From Dipteris shenzhenensis (lineage: Eukaryota), in the NCBI GenBank assembly GCA_047967505.1, contig CM106538.1: DNA of 64,000 nt; one strand, 5' to 3'. Of this stretch, positions 1 to 12,672 are shown piece by piece. The notes under the pieces were generated by a model, which saw only the letters and a program-made list of their open reading frames with translations, did not search any database and was not told the origin of the DNA. Position 1 is the stretch's first letter; each line of letters starts with the position of its first letter. Position numbers and translations under genes: made by a program.

Positions 1-781
1 ATACCTTGGTATGGGGTGAGAGTTATTTGTGTATGGGATATTCTGGGGTTTTTAGAAAATAGGACTTAGAGAGTCATATAAAGAGGTGGACTCATGTCCA
101 TGTGTTTCAATAATATTAGAGAGGCCACATGCCAAGCGTGTGGAAGGCATGTGGAGGAGTGTGAAGTCGAGAGGAATCCTTCTAGAATTCCCATGTGGAA
201 TAAGGAGGATGTGGACATTAGGAAAATAGAGGGTCCCTGTGGGCTCCATCTGGGGAGACTCTTGACTTTCTCAATATTTTAAGAGTCAAGCATCTTTTAA
301 TGGGACACATGGCAAGAGTAGCCAAAAAGGACATGGATGGTGACATACGGGCTTATGTGATTGATGGGGAAAAGAATCTACGGGCAACAATTGTAAATGG
401 GTGAATGAGGGTGATAAAATCTCTTAAAAAGGAGCCCTCCTCTCCCTTGTTCACCATATCTCTTCCACCATTAGGCCTCATGTTGTTGTAGCTCTAGTCT
501 CCTCAAGCCTCTTCCATGAGCCTTCTCTCCCTCTTGTAGATATTCTCTTATGTAGACTCTTGAGTCCATCTCTCTCTAGTTTATTCTCTCTCTATGAGTA
601 GTCTTGGAGCTTCTGCGCCCTGTTGTATGTATGAAACCTCTTCTTCTCCCTTGTGTTTGTAGTATTTTGAGTGTATTTGAGTGGAGTCTTACTCTCATGG
701 CAATGAAAGTCACTTCTTATAATTTTCCTTGAGTCTCCATTCCTTTTTCTCCATTCCTATGTTCTTTTCTGTCTCTATTCA
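1..781 (+). mobile_element. Possible LTR-like remnant (left boundary outside window)
   Basis: Non-coding; purine-rich U3-like part, then CTTAAAAAGG and a long CT-rich R/U5-like tail ending ...CTATTCA; no partner LTR or PBS seen. Confidence 0.25.
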
Positions 782-935
782 AGTCTCTAAAGTAGTTCTT
801 GTTCGGCCGCTCACTATGCACACATGGTCCATCCATTTCTCGAGCCACCATGCAAGGTTCTTCCTCTCTTTTAGGCGAATTCTAGGGGTATTCGATTGTT
901 GATAATTGTGGAGCCTTAAGGGAGTAGTTTGCTTA

Positions 936-1687
936 TTTGTTTGCAGGTTGAAGAAAGCCTTGTATGGCTTGAAGCAAGCACCTAGAGAATGGTCTGACAA
1001 GATAGGACAGTATCTTGTCACTATTGTCTTTCAAATTTCCAAGGGAGATTTCTCACTTTATGTGAGAAAAACAAAGGTATTATGCCGCTTGTCATTTATG
1101 TTAATGATTTGATTATCACAGGCGATAGTGATGAAGATATCCTTCATGTGAAAAGGCTATTGAAGCAGAAGTTTTAGATGAAGGATTTGGGAGGGCTGTG
1201 TTATTTCTTGGGCATTGAGGTGATTAGATCACCAAGTGGGATACGGCTCTTGTAGAGGCAGTATGGATTGGACATGCTGTCCAAAGATGGGATGACAGGC
1301 TGTAAGCCTATTTCAGTTCCTTTGGAGCAGAATGTGAAGCTCAACACAGATGCAGGTGAGCTTCAGGAAGACCCTACTATGTACAGACACATAGTAGGAA
1401 TTTTGATTTATATGACTATTACCAAGCTAGATTTGAGCTATGCTGTTGGATTGGTAAGTCAGTTTATGCAGGCTCCAAGGAAACTGCATTTGGATGCGGC
1501 TAGATGCATACTCAGGTATGTGAAGTTGACATTGTAGTATGGAATATTTCATGAGACTGGGGTTCAGATATAGTTGCATGGATACACTAATGCTGATTGG
1601 GCTAGTAGTATTTCTTATAGACAATCTACTAGTGGATATGTGTGAGAGATGTGTTCTCTTTTGGGAGTGCTGCAGTCACTTGGAGCA
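936..1687 (+). pseudogene. Ty1/Copia reverse transcriptase fragment (family of the 37111 element), degenerate
   Basis: [17 protein letters not shown] and GMTGCKPISVPLEQNVKL motifs; closely matches 41177-41919; stops and frameshifts. Confidence 0.93.
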
Positions 1688-1705
1688 CTCCCAAAAGAGA
1701 ACACA

Positions 1706-2380
1706 CATGGGACAAGTGGTTGCCATTGTTGGAGTTTGCCTACAATGATAGAAAACATTCATCTACCGGGTTCAGTCCGTTTGAGCTGAACTATGGTTAT
1801 AGTTGGAGTACCTCAGAAAGTGCCTAGTGCCGCGAACTTTGTAGTTCAGATGTGGGAGATGCGAGCACTTGCGAGAGCTAATATCTGTCAGGCTATGGAT
1901 AGAGCCAAGGTGTATGCGGATGAAAATCGGTCTATAAGAGTATTTGAAGAAGGAGAAAAAGTTTTTCTCAGAATTCCTTCGCACTCGAAGTCGTTGACTT
2001 CAGGAGAGTGTGCTAAGTTATCACCTCAATACTGTGGGCCGTGGTTAATTCTAAAGAGAATAGGTAGTGTAGCCTATAAATTAGAATTGCCACAGGGGTG
2101 TAAGGTGCACCCGGTTTTTCATGTTTCGCGCTTAAAAAAATTTTTGCATACAAGTGACTCACTAATCGAAGGTGTGGTTTTGTTTCATGAGATAGAGGAT
2201 ATTGCAAGGCGCCAACCAACAAGAATCCTGGACCGAGGAACAATGCAGATACGAAATCGGAAGATACCCACGGTGTTGGTTGCATGGCATGGTCAGCCTC
2301 TATCCGAAGCTACCTGGGAATCCGTATACCAGTTATGGAGAGCTTTCCTAGATTTCATCATCGAGGACGCTGATGCTTGA
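1706..2380 (+). pseudogene. Ty3/Gypsy (chromovirus-type) integrase C-terminus plus chromodomain
   Basis: WDKWLPLLEFAYN..HSSTGFSPFELNYG; GPY/F-type LSPQYCGPW..AYKLELP..VHPVFHVSRLKK; chromodomain-like RILD..VLVAWHG..EATWE; frameshift near 1800. Confidence 0.88.
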
Positions 2381-2392
2381 AGAGGGAAGGAA

Positions 2393-2868
2393 TGTTATGC
2401 TCTAGCCGGGATAGCATGACCTCGGATAGATCGGTGGGCATTTTCTCTTAGATGCCCAACTTTTGTAATAGTTAATGTGCGTAATTGAAATGGTCAAGAG
2501 AAGTAACTGCCAAGGTCCTAGGTGAGGGCGGAATGGCATTGACTAGATAGTTCTAAGTGCTAAGGCCTAGGTGCACCTAAATGTGTAATAATGCCAAGGG
2601 GCAAGTGGGTTTTAATGTGCCCCAAGAGAGGGGTAAAAAGGTGCACCAAGTGGAGAGGCTAAATTGATGACATTTAGCAAGGAGAACTATCTAGGGAATT
2701 GAGGGTCTCATGGATAAGTATGAATGAAATAACATACGGATCTGACGATTTACTATCCTTTGAGAAAAGGCTGGGCAGAATAACAAAAAGCCATCGCCTG
2801 TGAGTGTTTCAACGATGAGTAGAGGTTTAGGCTACCGATAATAACGAGGATAGGTAAAGTCGTCGACA
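2393..2868 (+). mobile_element. Gypsy LTR (476 bp) with PPT upstream and PBS stub downstream
   Basis: PPT GAAGAGGGAAGGAA 2379-2392; TGTT...GACA termini; TGGTATCAG at 2872-2880. Confidence 0.75.
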
Positions 2869-2883
2869 TTTTGGTATCAGCAT

Positions 2884-3284
2884 CTTGTCGAGCACAGAGG
2901 CTGAGTATAGGGATGCAGCAATGGCTGCGTGTGAGGGTAGCTTGGTTGCATAAGCCACTTTATGATATGCATCAGTCTACAGATGGGCTAGTTGTCATTT
3001 ATTGTGACAACATGAGCAGTATACACTTGGCAAATAACCCAGTCTATCATGCTAGAACAAAGCACATTGAGGTGCATTATCACTATGTGTGGGAGAAGGT
3101 TTTACTAGGCCTTATTGATCTAGTTTATGTCAACACAGAGGATCAGGTAGCTGACATATTCATGAAGGCATTGGGCGCAGAGAACCTACGCAAGTTCAGA
3201 GACCTGCTTGGTGTGCAGGAATTGGGATTGAGCTCGAGGGGGAGTGTTGAGATATCGAGCTCCACTCGTGATATGCCAGGGTGA
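2884..3284 (+). pseudogene. Copia RNase H remnant (continuation of 936-1687)
   Basis: YCDNMSSIHLANNPVYHARTKHIEVHYH..DQVADIF; matches 41944-42343. Confidence 0.93.
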
Positions 3285-3596
3285 CCATTGTGCATTTATG
3301 TCACCGACTTGTTAGCTGGAAATGCGGTTGGTACACCACCCATGAATAATAGCTGGATGACAGCTATCCTTATCTACTCTAGTTCATGGCTCAGTTAGTA
3401 TGCCACCTTAGTTAGCTGAGTTTGGTTTGAGACCCACATATAGGGTTCTTCTATTTCTTTGTACAAGAGTTCTTTTGGCATACACAACTAAGAAGAGGAA
3501 AACTGTTTTCAGCCTCCACCTTTGTGTGTATTCCCCCATTGTGTATGTGAGAAAGCCGCAAGTGAGACTCCTTCCTTCTCTCCCACTATCTTCACA
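3245..3596 (+). mobile_element. Copia 3' LTR (352 bp)
   Basis: PPT GAGGGGGAG 3236-3244; TGTTGAGATA...CTTCACA; homologous to 37111-37463. Confidence 0.93.
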
Positions 3597-3899
3597 ACGA
3601 GTGTGGAGGGAAAATGGGGATGTGGGAGGGTAGGAGAGGAGCATGGGAGGGAATGAGAGATTAGGATAAGGGATTGAAGGCCAATGACAAAGAGAGAAAA
3701 ATGGAGAGAAAACCATAGTTTTTCCTATATATAATCTCTTTTTCTCATTCATTCTCCCATTTAAACAAGAAAAAGTATGAGGAGGAGAAAAAGCAAGAGG
3801 ATGTCAAAAGCATTCTTCTCCAAACTCAAACCCCTTTCCACTCAAATACTTTTCTAGGTAATTCTTTTTCAAGTTCACTTTCAAATTTATGATCTTCTT

Positions 3900-5150
3900 G
3901 TAAAGAAGTTAAGGAAAAAAATTAGAGAGAGAGAGAAATGTTTGGAGAGAGAAAGAGAGAGGAGAGAAAAGTGGAGTGAGACTGAGTGAGGGAGTGTGAG
4001 GGATTGGCTGTGGCCATTGTTGCGGCAATGAGAGAGGAGGGAGGGAGTGGAGCTACGAAGAGAGTAAGGGAGTGGCCACAATTGCTACCAACCATGGCAA
4101 TGAGAGTAAGGAGTCAAGGAGTGGACTGTGAAGTGAGGGAGTGTGAGGGGACCACTGCCGTGGCAATGAGAGTGAGGAGTGAGGGAGTGCAGGAAGTGGA
4201 GTGTGAGGGAGTGGTTGCATCCACTATCGTGGCAGTGAGAGTGAGGAGTGAGGGACTGGTCATGGTTGTTGCTGTGGCATCGAGATGGAGTGAGGGAGTG
4301 GAGGGAGTGGAGAGTGAAGAGAGGGAGTGGACGTGGCCCATTGCCGATAGCAAGAGTGAGGAGTGAGGGAGTGGCCATGGCTACTGCTATGGCAATGAGA
4401 GTGAGTACTAAGGGAGTGGAGGAGTGGAGAGAAGTTAGGGAGTGGCCACAACAATGAGAGTGAGGAGTGAGGGAGTGGAGTGTTAGATAGTGGCCGTAGC
4501 CACTGCCGCTACCATGGCAAGGAGAGTGAGGAGTGAGGAGTGGAGTGTGAGGTAGTGGCTGTAGATGCTACCACAGTAGCGAGAGTGAGGAGTGAGGGAG
4601 TGGAGGGAGTGGATTGTGAGGGAGTGGCCATGGCCACTTCCGCAGCAAAGAGAGTGAGGAGTGGAGGGAGTGGAGTGTGAGGTAGTGGCTGCAACCACTT
4701 CTATGGCAGTGAAAGAGGAGGGAGGGAGTAGAGTGAGGCAGAGTGAGAGAGTGGAGTGAGGGAGTGACTACTGCCACATTAGTGAGACAGTGAAAGTAGA
4801 CAGCCTGTAAGGGAGTGGAGGGAGAGGAGTGAAGCGTCGCAGTGAGGGAGAGGAGTGGAGTGAGACTAGAGTGAGGGAGAGGAGTTGATAAGACGAAAGC
4901 AAAAATCTAAGAAAATGTGGGAGAAAGGGAAAGTGAAAAGATCTTAAAAAGTTAAGAAATGAAATTGTACGTCTTTGAAGAGAAGTGAGCCATAAGAAGT
5001 TGAGGAGTGAGTCGCATGAATTTGTATGGAGTAAGAATGAAAATGAGAAGTTGAGAAGTGAGTCATATGAAGTCGTACCAAGTAGAAAATGAGGAGAAGA
5101 TGAATGAAAATGAGGAGAAGATAAGAAGAAATGAATCATACAACAAGAGG
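3900..5150 (+). repeat. Purine-rich degenerate minisatellite (GAGTGAGG/GAGTGG units with GTGGCC motifs)
   Basis: Repeated GAGAGTGAGGAGTGAGGGAGTGG; strong strand asymmetry. Confidence 0.8.
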
Positions 5151-6084
5151 AATGAAATCATGAGAACCTCAAAATTCAAAATTTGAATTCCCCCCCCCCT
5201 CCATCATCTCACCATGTGTACACCCCCCCGCCACCCCTCCCCTCCCCACCCCACCCCACCCCGCCCTGCCCCCCCTCCCTCATTTTTTGAAGCAACCTTT
5301 TTAAACATGTAAAATCATAGAGAGAAGAGTATATCATAATTTTTTGAAGAAACCTTCTAAAAAATTTAGAATCATCTCACTTTTATAATTTTTAGTTTAT
5401 ATTCCTTACAATCATACCTAAGTAAGGATTGTAAGAACCAAGTATTATTAGAAATGAAATGAAAAGAATTTAAAATTTAAATTTAGAAATAATTTTTTTA
5501 AAAAGTTAAAATTTTATTTTATTTAAAATTTGAAGTTAGTAGTTAGATAATTATTAAATTAGTAACAATTTAAAATTTTAAGTTTCTCGTACTTTTGAAA
5601 GAAAATTAAATTTATTTTTATTTACATTTTAAGTTTAGTAAATGTAATTTTATCTATATTTGAAACTTGTTAAATTTGATTTTATTTGCATTGTAAATTT
5701 AGTACTTAGAGATTTATTTTTCCAAATGAAATTAATTTAAAATTTAAAGTTATATTTTTTTCTCTCCTTTTCAAAAATTTAATTGTAATGTTATTTAGGT
5801 TATAAATTTAGTAGTTAGAGAAGAGCACAATTCAATATTGGTAGCTATATGTATCACTGTGTAGGGCAGTTGAAATGGAAATCACTGTGTAGAGCATATT
5901 ACAATTTTATCACTGACAGATTAAAAATGCCATCAATGATTGATGATTCTTTATACTTTTATGCACATAATTAAGCCTTGTAAAGCCTTCTAGGCTATCC
6001 CTATTATTTTTTAAATCATTTATGTATATATTTAAGCCTTGTAAAGTCTTCTAAGCTATGCCTTCTAAGCTATTCTTAGACGGG

Positions 6085-6195
6085 TGATAGTGGTATCATT
6101 GGTAGACTATTGTAGTTGTATCATTGTGCAGATTGTGATAGTGGTATCATTGGGCAGACTATGATAGTTGTATCACTAGATAGACTGTCAGTGGT
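6085..6195. repeat. ~26-bp minisatellite, about 4-5 units
   Basis: TGATAGTGGTATCATTGG.AGACT-like units with an internal TGATA..TATCA dyad. Confidence 0.6.
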
Positions 6196-7526
6196 ACACA
6201 TTGTACTTTTATCAAAAAACATTTTATTGTTCTATATAAAATTATGTATCCTTATTGCTTTTGTATATAACCTGGGGCACCAACTCAATATGTAATATGT
6301 TACTACCCTCGTCCAAAATCGAGGGTATGGGGGGACAAGGTCCATATATAATATGCATGGTTTTCCTTAAAAATTCTCAAATATGCAAGGGAAAAATATG
6401 AAAATTTGATGTCCTCCCTCCCACAAAATATGAGGTATATACCTTGAAAAATATGCAAGATTTTTAGATTTGTACATATTTTTCATAATATGTGAGGCCC
6501 AAGGGGGGGGTCTTTTGGATGAGGGGGGGTAAAACAAAAAGTACACTAAAATATGAATCCTATCTCTTTTCAAATTGATGTAAATTTTTCATGTATTACC
6601 CAAATTTCAAGGTGTAAAGACATATTTGAAGCTCTATTAGTGTAGAACACAACCATGTTAATTTCAATAATTTCTACTCATGGCACATTGTTAAATTCAT
6701 CTCATACTCAAGATTTTAATATGTTTTCTTACTACAAGGAGTTGGAGCCCCATGGTATATAGGAATGATGGAGCATGCCAAGATTGTCATGTATGTTGAT
6801 GTTTTAGTATTTGCCAACAATAATATGACCTTGACGCACAATGGAAAAGATTATTCCCCCAAAGGACTTCTTTCAATGGAGTGTACGTAAGACCACTAAG
6901 AGAGCTTGGTTCTTGGTTTTAAAAAAAGAGAAGCTGTTCTTAGTGATGACAAAGAGGGATTTCATGAAACATGAGGAGACATGGGGTGCAAATTTTGGAA
7001 AATGCAATAAGCTTCAAGGGGACACTGTGCTCGGAATGACAATAAAGAAGGACAACACTTTAGTCACATGAATTTATGCCACGTCTAGAACTAGCAAGGG
7101 GAAAATTTTATTGTGAGCTTTTTAATGCGAGCTTTTTTTGAAATTTATCAAAGTTTGCGAGCTTTTTTAGAGTCCCATAAAAAAAGACCTACTAATCAAA
7201 AAATAACAAAGTAATTACATATTCTGTATTTATGGATTTATCCTAGGAAATACCAAAGCAATTAGCAATTCTATGGACTAAAAAAGACAAAGCTATTAAT
7301 CCAAGTAATTTATATTGCAAGTCAGTAACAAATGATATTATATATAAAAATGAGCCATCACAATACCAGCAAATATGTATTATGCATTCAAGTCTATGGA
7401 TTATTGCTAGGCAACAAAGGTTTAATGAAACTTCAAGTAAGCATATGCCAATTTTCATGTAGTTCTATTATTTGAAAAGGCAAAAGCAATTAGTAAAATG
7501 TTCCACATTAAGAACATTGTGTTGAC

Positions 7527-7900
7527 TCAACACAACAAATTTTGAGCAAAAAATAGTGTCACATCAAAAAGTGGGCTATCATAATACCAACCAAGTTTAT
7601 ATCTTGCATTCAGGTCTATGGATTGATCCTCTTGCAGATCCAACTCTTCATCCTTGGAAATCCTTCTAAAACTTTTTGGACTAAGGGATTTGCAAATTCT
7701 TTGCAACCTAAACTTGAAAGTGCTATCAACCCGGCGACAATCAATGAGGAGATTCACAGGAACCCATTGTACTCTATCTATGTCTAGCCACCGGATTAGG
7801 TAAGGCTTGATTTTCTCTCTCACATAATCTACCACATCTCTAAAGAGATATAGATGCCTGTGGACTATGCCGATGACATCTATTTGATGATCAAAAATGT
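7527..7900 (-). pseudogene. Unknown ORF remnant interrupted by the 7906-10120 LTR element
   Basis: Removing the element and one TSD gives a continuous frame (..SSREAELY|DIFDHQIDVIGIVHRHLYLFRDVVDYVREK..); no in-frame ATG seen. Confidence 0.4.
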
Positions 7901-7905
7901 CATAC

Positions 7906-10120
7906 TGATGGGATATCTCAAGGTGTATGCCTCAGGCACACCTTGGTTTCTATGTGTGAGTGCTAGAGGCACAGTTAGGTGGTGGAGAGCCACATAGGAT
8001 GATTGAGAGAATCTAGGAGCAGATTGAGGAGATGATTGTGGAGCTCTGAAGTCATCAATGATGTCAGTGAGCATGTATGAGGTGCCTACTTAAGGACCTC
8101 ACTCTTCTTCATTCCAAAATGCAAGTAATGCAAGTATTCTGAGTTTGTGTCCACTCTTTGCTTTCCTTTCAGCTTACCAACATGGTATCAGAGCCCTTTG
8201 ATCCCCCTTGAGCCCATTTCTGCCACATCATCATCTTCTTCTTCATCTTCTTCTTCTCCATTTTCCTCCTTCTTCCCAAAATCTTTGAGAGCTTGGTTCT
8301 TTGCCTACAAATGACCATTGCCCAAACCCTCTGAGCTGTAAACTCCTCTAGTATGGGCGAACTTCCACCTGCAAGCAATTGAGAAAAAAATGTCTCTGTT
8401 GGCTGCCATTCTCCAAACAACAAATTTCTTCTATTGCTCAATACTCCCTGCCTGCTCCACCATTGCCTGAGCCCTCTTAGGAGTAGATGGGTGACCTCAA
8501 GACGAAGATTTTGAGCCATTTTTCAGCTCATTTGGTTTAGTAACGAAGGAGAAATCGTCAAAACTCAGGTTCAGCCTGTAGCAACTCCCCCGGGCAAAAG
8601 TGCACACCATTTTGTCCAACCTCTGTGCTAGACCCTCTCTCATATATGAGCTTTCTTTTTCTTTAGAAAGCCCTCTTTTCCTTGCTTTGAAGAGTGAGCT
8701 ACAAGCCCTCCAAGTTCAGCCTTTTGGTTTTGACAGTTTTGGACAAGTTTTTGAAGATGATGCTACATAAAATGCTACTCTAGCATTTTTGGTTTTCTGA
8801 AACTTTCAATAACTTCAGTACAAGTGTGGCTTCAGTTTTGTTTTGAATTGCTAGACCTGGTTTTGATTGAAAAGTATTCATTTTAGCCACCTCTATGAAG
8901 CATGTAAGAAGAAGCATCATTGTTTGAAATTTGGTCACAAGACTTTGCTACATTAAATGCTTATATTTTGAAGCATTTCAGTTGTTATTCTAAGCTCTGT
9001 AAGAGAGAAGACACTGCCTAATACCTGGGTTAGACCCTCTCATGGCTTGCTTATGCAAAATATGTGAAAAGCCAAAACATAAAGCAATGTCTTGTTATGC
9101 TACAAAGGATGAAAATGTCAACCTGACCTCCTTGTTGAAGATTGCTAAAACAATGGTTGCCAAAAAGGAAGAAACTACAAAGCCAGAGATCTACCCTCTC
9201 ATGGCACTTTTATTTGACTCCAAGTACAAGAAAAAGATGAAGGTCAGATACCTAAGATATGCTTCTTTACACAACTATGGAGATGACAAGATAATTGTTC
9301 TCTTGAAGGATATGATTTTCAGATCCACTTGTTCTATCATAGTACCATCTTATAAGGCACTAGACACTGCCCATGTGGTAAGACCTTGCCTTGACATGGA
9401 TATTTTGCCTCCACAAGATGAGGCATCCCATGAAGATTATGCATTTTAAATCATCTCTATGTATGCTCCAGATCTCTCTTTTTATGTCAAGGTACTCAGC
9501 CTGGATAGTCCTCCAAAATGAATGAAATAAACTATTGTGTTTTTGTGTGTTTTGTAAACACCTCTGGTCACCTTATGATGTAGGCCATGTGTATGTTTTG
9601 CTCCATGGTACCTCCTGCAGACATTGTGTGCATGTACATGCAGGGGAGATAACCATTGGAAGGTCTTTTTGTATCCCTTTTGTTTACCTTACACCCAAGG
9701 GAACCCTTGCTAGCATGAGAACCTAGCCATAGATTTATCCTTGACCACCATGAGATGGCATGAGAAACTATGAGACTAGATGTATCCTTGACATAGCCTG
9801 AGGCATTCCCTTGAGGGGGGGTTTGATGGGATATCTCAAGGTGTATGCCTCACGCACACCTTGGTTTCTATGTGTGAGTGCTAGAGGCACAGTTAGGTGC
9901 CCACAAGCATAGTTAGGTGGTGGAGAGCCACATAGGATGATTGAGAGAATCTAGGAGCAGATTAAGGAGATGATTGTGGAGCTCTGAAGTCATCAGTGAT
10001 GTCAGTGAGCATGTATGAGGTGCCTACTTAAGGACCTCACTCTTCTTCATTCCAAAATGCAAGTAATGCAAGTATTCTGAGTTTGTGTCCACTCTTTTCT
10101 TTCCTTTCAGCTTACCAACA
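7906..10120 (+). mobile_element. Non-autonomous 2.2-kb LTR retroelement (TRIM/TR-GAG-like)
   Basis: 5' LTR 7906-8182, PBS TGGTATCAGAGCC 8183-8195, PPT GAGGGGGGG 9813-9821, 3' LTR 9824-10120, TG..CA ends, TSD CATAC (7901-7905, 10121-10125). Confidence 0.95.
9042..9449 (+). pseudogene. gag: Gag remnant with CCHC zinc knuckle
   Basis: CKICEKPKHKAMSC fits CX2CX4HX4C and lies inside the LTR element. Confidence 0.6.
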
Positions 10121-10670
10121 CATACAACTCTGCCTCTCTACTCGAATGATGAGTAGAAGCAACGAAGTCATGAATGTCTCGTGGGGTGTGGCCATTGGAG
10201 GTTTGTGGAAGATAGCAAGAGCAGGCTGTCTTGGAGGTGAGGACAATAAAGGCTATGTCATACCTAATGGCCCTTTATATAGTTGACTTTAGTCTCTTTA
10301 AATACCTTAAAAGTCTGACTACAATTTAGGTAATTAAATATTGGACAATGTAATATATTGGCCTAAATAATTTGCCATCATATTCCACTCCCGCCTCCCC
10401 TGCCACCCAAAATAATGATTTTTTTTTTGGGAATTTAGGGGACCCTATATTAGTACAAATGACATCACACTTAACAAAAACTATTACATTTAGTCAAAAA
10501 CTATCACAAAATAGTTTCAAAACTTTTACATTTATTCAAGTGCTATTACAACACACTTCAAAAACTATATCATATTTTCAAAACTATTACAACACACATC
10601 AAAACTACTAATTTTATTAAGTATACTCATTGCCAATACAAATGACATCACACTTCAAAAACTATTACAT

Positions 10671-11099
10671 TTATTCAATACCAGTATGAATGGACAAGTT
10701 ACAAGGAGGCTTCCATTTCTCATGCATTGATGTTCCTTCGAGTCGCCTTCTTACTATCTTCCCATTTAGTGTAAAGAAAAAATCACTATCATCAAAGGTG
10801 ACCGTGATGTATTCTCGAACGTGCTTCAAGCTCCAACTACCTATGACCTCAAGATATTGGATATCCCCATTGGGCATATGTACCTCTACCTCTGTGGTGT
10901 CCACTACATCACAATCCATAGGTATCCATGTGCCATGATTATTTTTCCAATGTCTGTAAGCGTATCTCATGTAGCAAATACTCTGCACTACTTGATATCT
11001 TATTACTATAATTAGTAAGTATATGTCAAAAATGGTCTCCCTTCTGCAAACCCTCCCTAACATCCCGCATTGTGTATAGAATATTATCAAGAAATTCAT
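10671..11099 (-). CDS. Hypothetical protein, possible ubiquitin-like (beta-grasp) C-terminal domain
   Basis: VEVHMPNGDIQYLEV..SWSLKHVREYI..FFFTLNGKIV pattern; true start unclear. Confidence 0.35.
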   Translation of the reverse strand: MNFLIIFYTQCGMLGRVCRRETIFDIYLLIIVIRYQVVQSICYMRYAYRHWKNNHGTWIPMDCDVVDTTEVEVHMPNGDIQYLEVIGSWSLKHVREYITVTFDDSDFFFTLNGKIVRRRLEGTSMHEKWKPPCNLSIHTGIE

Positions 11100-11562
11100 T
11101 TTCTAGGCCTTTGCATACCCATATGGTCTTTGTCTTGTGAATGAAGACTGATTTGAACAAATAAATAAATATAATGGAGGGCATGAATATCTGATCTCAT
11201 CTTCATTCTAAATGCATCTATAGAGAATGGATTAGGAAGAGGTCATTGTGGACTATCAAAGTTAGGGAGAGGAATAGGACGTAGGCTTCCATATGCGCCT
11301 TCTCTTCGAGGAACTTGGTAACATGAATTATAGAAAAAAATACTAGACTTTGTCAAGGAGGCAGCACTTCGTCCTGAGAACATTAATTCCAAAATATTTG
11401 AATGGAAAGCTTGAAATATTCTCGTGAGACTATCCAGAGGCTGGGTTTCAACTTTGGTAGAGGGAAAGATATCTACATAGAAAGCAAAGAAAGATGTTAA
11501 TGGGCCACTACTTAATATAATTAGTAAGTATATATGAGGTATATATCGAAAATGGTTGGAGT

Positions 11563-11808
11563 CTCGGGGGGTTCACTATGTATAAACCCTCAATATCACG
11601 TGCGTTCAAGGCCTATTTGTAAAATCCCTTATTTGTAATTTTTCCATTAATAAAATGTACCCTTTTTCTATACAAATCTGTAAATTTTTTCCAAATTCAT
11701 TTTAAAAACTTCCTTATGTATATTAATTTCTGTAAATTTTAAATATTAAAAATATCCTTCTGTTGAACTCACGTGATAGGGTTACATATGATGAATGACC
11801 CCCCCGAG
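11563..11808 (+). mobile_element. 246-bp MITE, copy 1
   Basis: Imperfect TIR CTCGGGGGG.TCA / TGACCCCCCCGAG; 8-bp TSD GTTGGAGT (11555-11562, 11809-11816). Confidence 0.92.
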
Positions 11809-12224
11809 GTTGGAGTTAATGGGGATAGTTGGGATAGTTTGGGGAGACTCCAGGGAGGAGTTTGGGGTGCTAGGGACACTTTTGGAAAATTTCAATTTTT
11901 TGGAGGGAAAAAAAGTCGCGGATTTGGGAGCCTACCAAGAGAGCCTAGGAAGGCCATCGAAAAGTGAAAGGGGGGAGTAAATGCAGGAGAAGGAGGTGAA
12001 GTGATGAACAGGACAGGAGAGGAGGTGAAGAACCCCCTTTTCCAAAAAAAAAAATCTCAAGAGGTGGTGGGGGCAAGAGAGAGGCAAGTGGAAGCCTAGT
12101 GGGGACCAAGGAGGACTCTCCACCGATAAGAGGCCAATATGGAATCCTCCATTCTTTTAATGCCCAAGCCTTCCCATTGGTTGGTTTGCTAATCACAAAT
12201 CTTAAGGGACTAATCCAAGAGGCT

Positions 12225-12535
12225 CTTTTTGAGTCCAAAATTCCCCGTACCCCTAAACACACAGAGCACTTATTTTCCTCCAATGCAGAAAATTAGAATA
12301 GCTTCAGCGGCTCTTTTCTATAGAGCAAACTAATAAAACACCCAATCACGTAGAGCTCCTGTTTTGTTTCCTATTTTTTGAGTCCAAAATTTTCCTAATG
12401 GAAGCGCATTTGCCTTCGTACCCCTAAACACACAGAGTGCTTATTTTCCTCTAATGCAGAAAATTAGAAAAGCTTCAGCGGCTCTTTTCTATAGAGCAAA
12501 CTAATGAAACACCCAATCACGCAGAGCTCCTGTTT
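12225..12535. repeat. Tandem duplication, period about 171 bp
   Basis: CGTACCCCTAAACACACAGAG...AGAGCTCCTGTTT present twice. Confidence 0.8.
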
Positions 12536-12672
12536 CATTTTCATGCACGAACCCGACTACCAAAACTCCACAACATTGTACAAAGCAGACTACTTAGAAC
12601 AACACCTACCGAATCCATGGTTCATTTATAGAGCCAGCTACCGAAATCCCCACAAACCCACGATGTATTCCT

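Noticed and set aside
3408-3752. Recurrent MRPTYRVLLFL / MKIVGERE ORFs
   Set aside because: They lie inside the Copia LTR and recur only because the LTR does; non-ATG starts
3887-5139. Overlapping ORFs in the GA-rich tract
   Set aside because: Low-complexity artefacts with no domain signal
6720-7500. Possible LINE/RT remnant
   Set aside because: Only a weak YVD-like hint; no continuous frame or confirmable motifs
8183-8195. tRNA gene
   Set aside because: Only the short PBS complementary to tRNA-iMet; no cloverleaf
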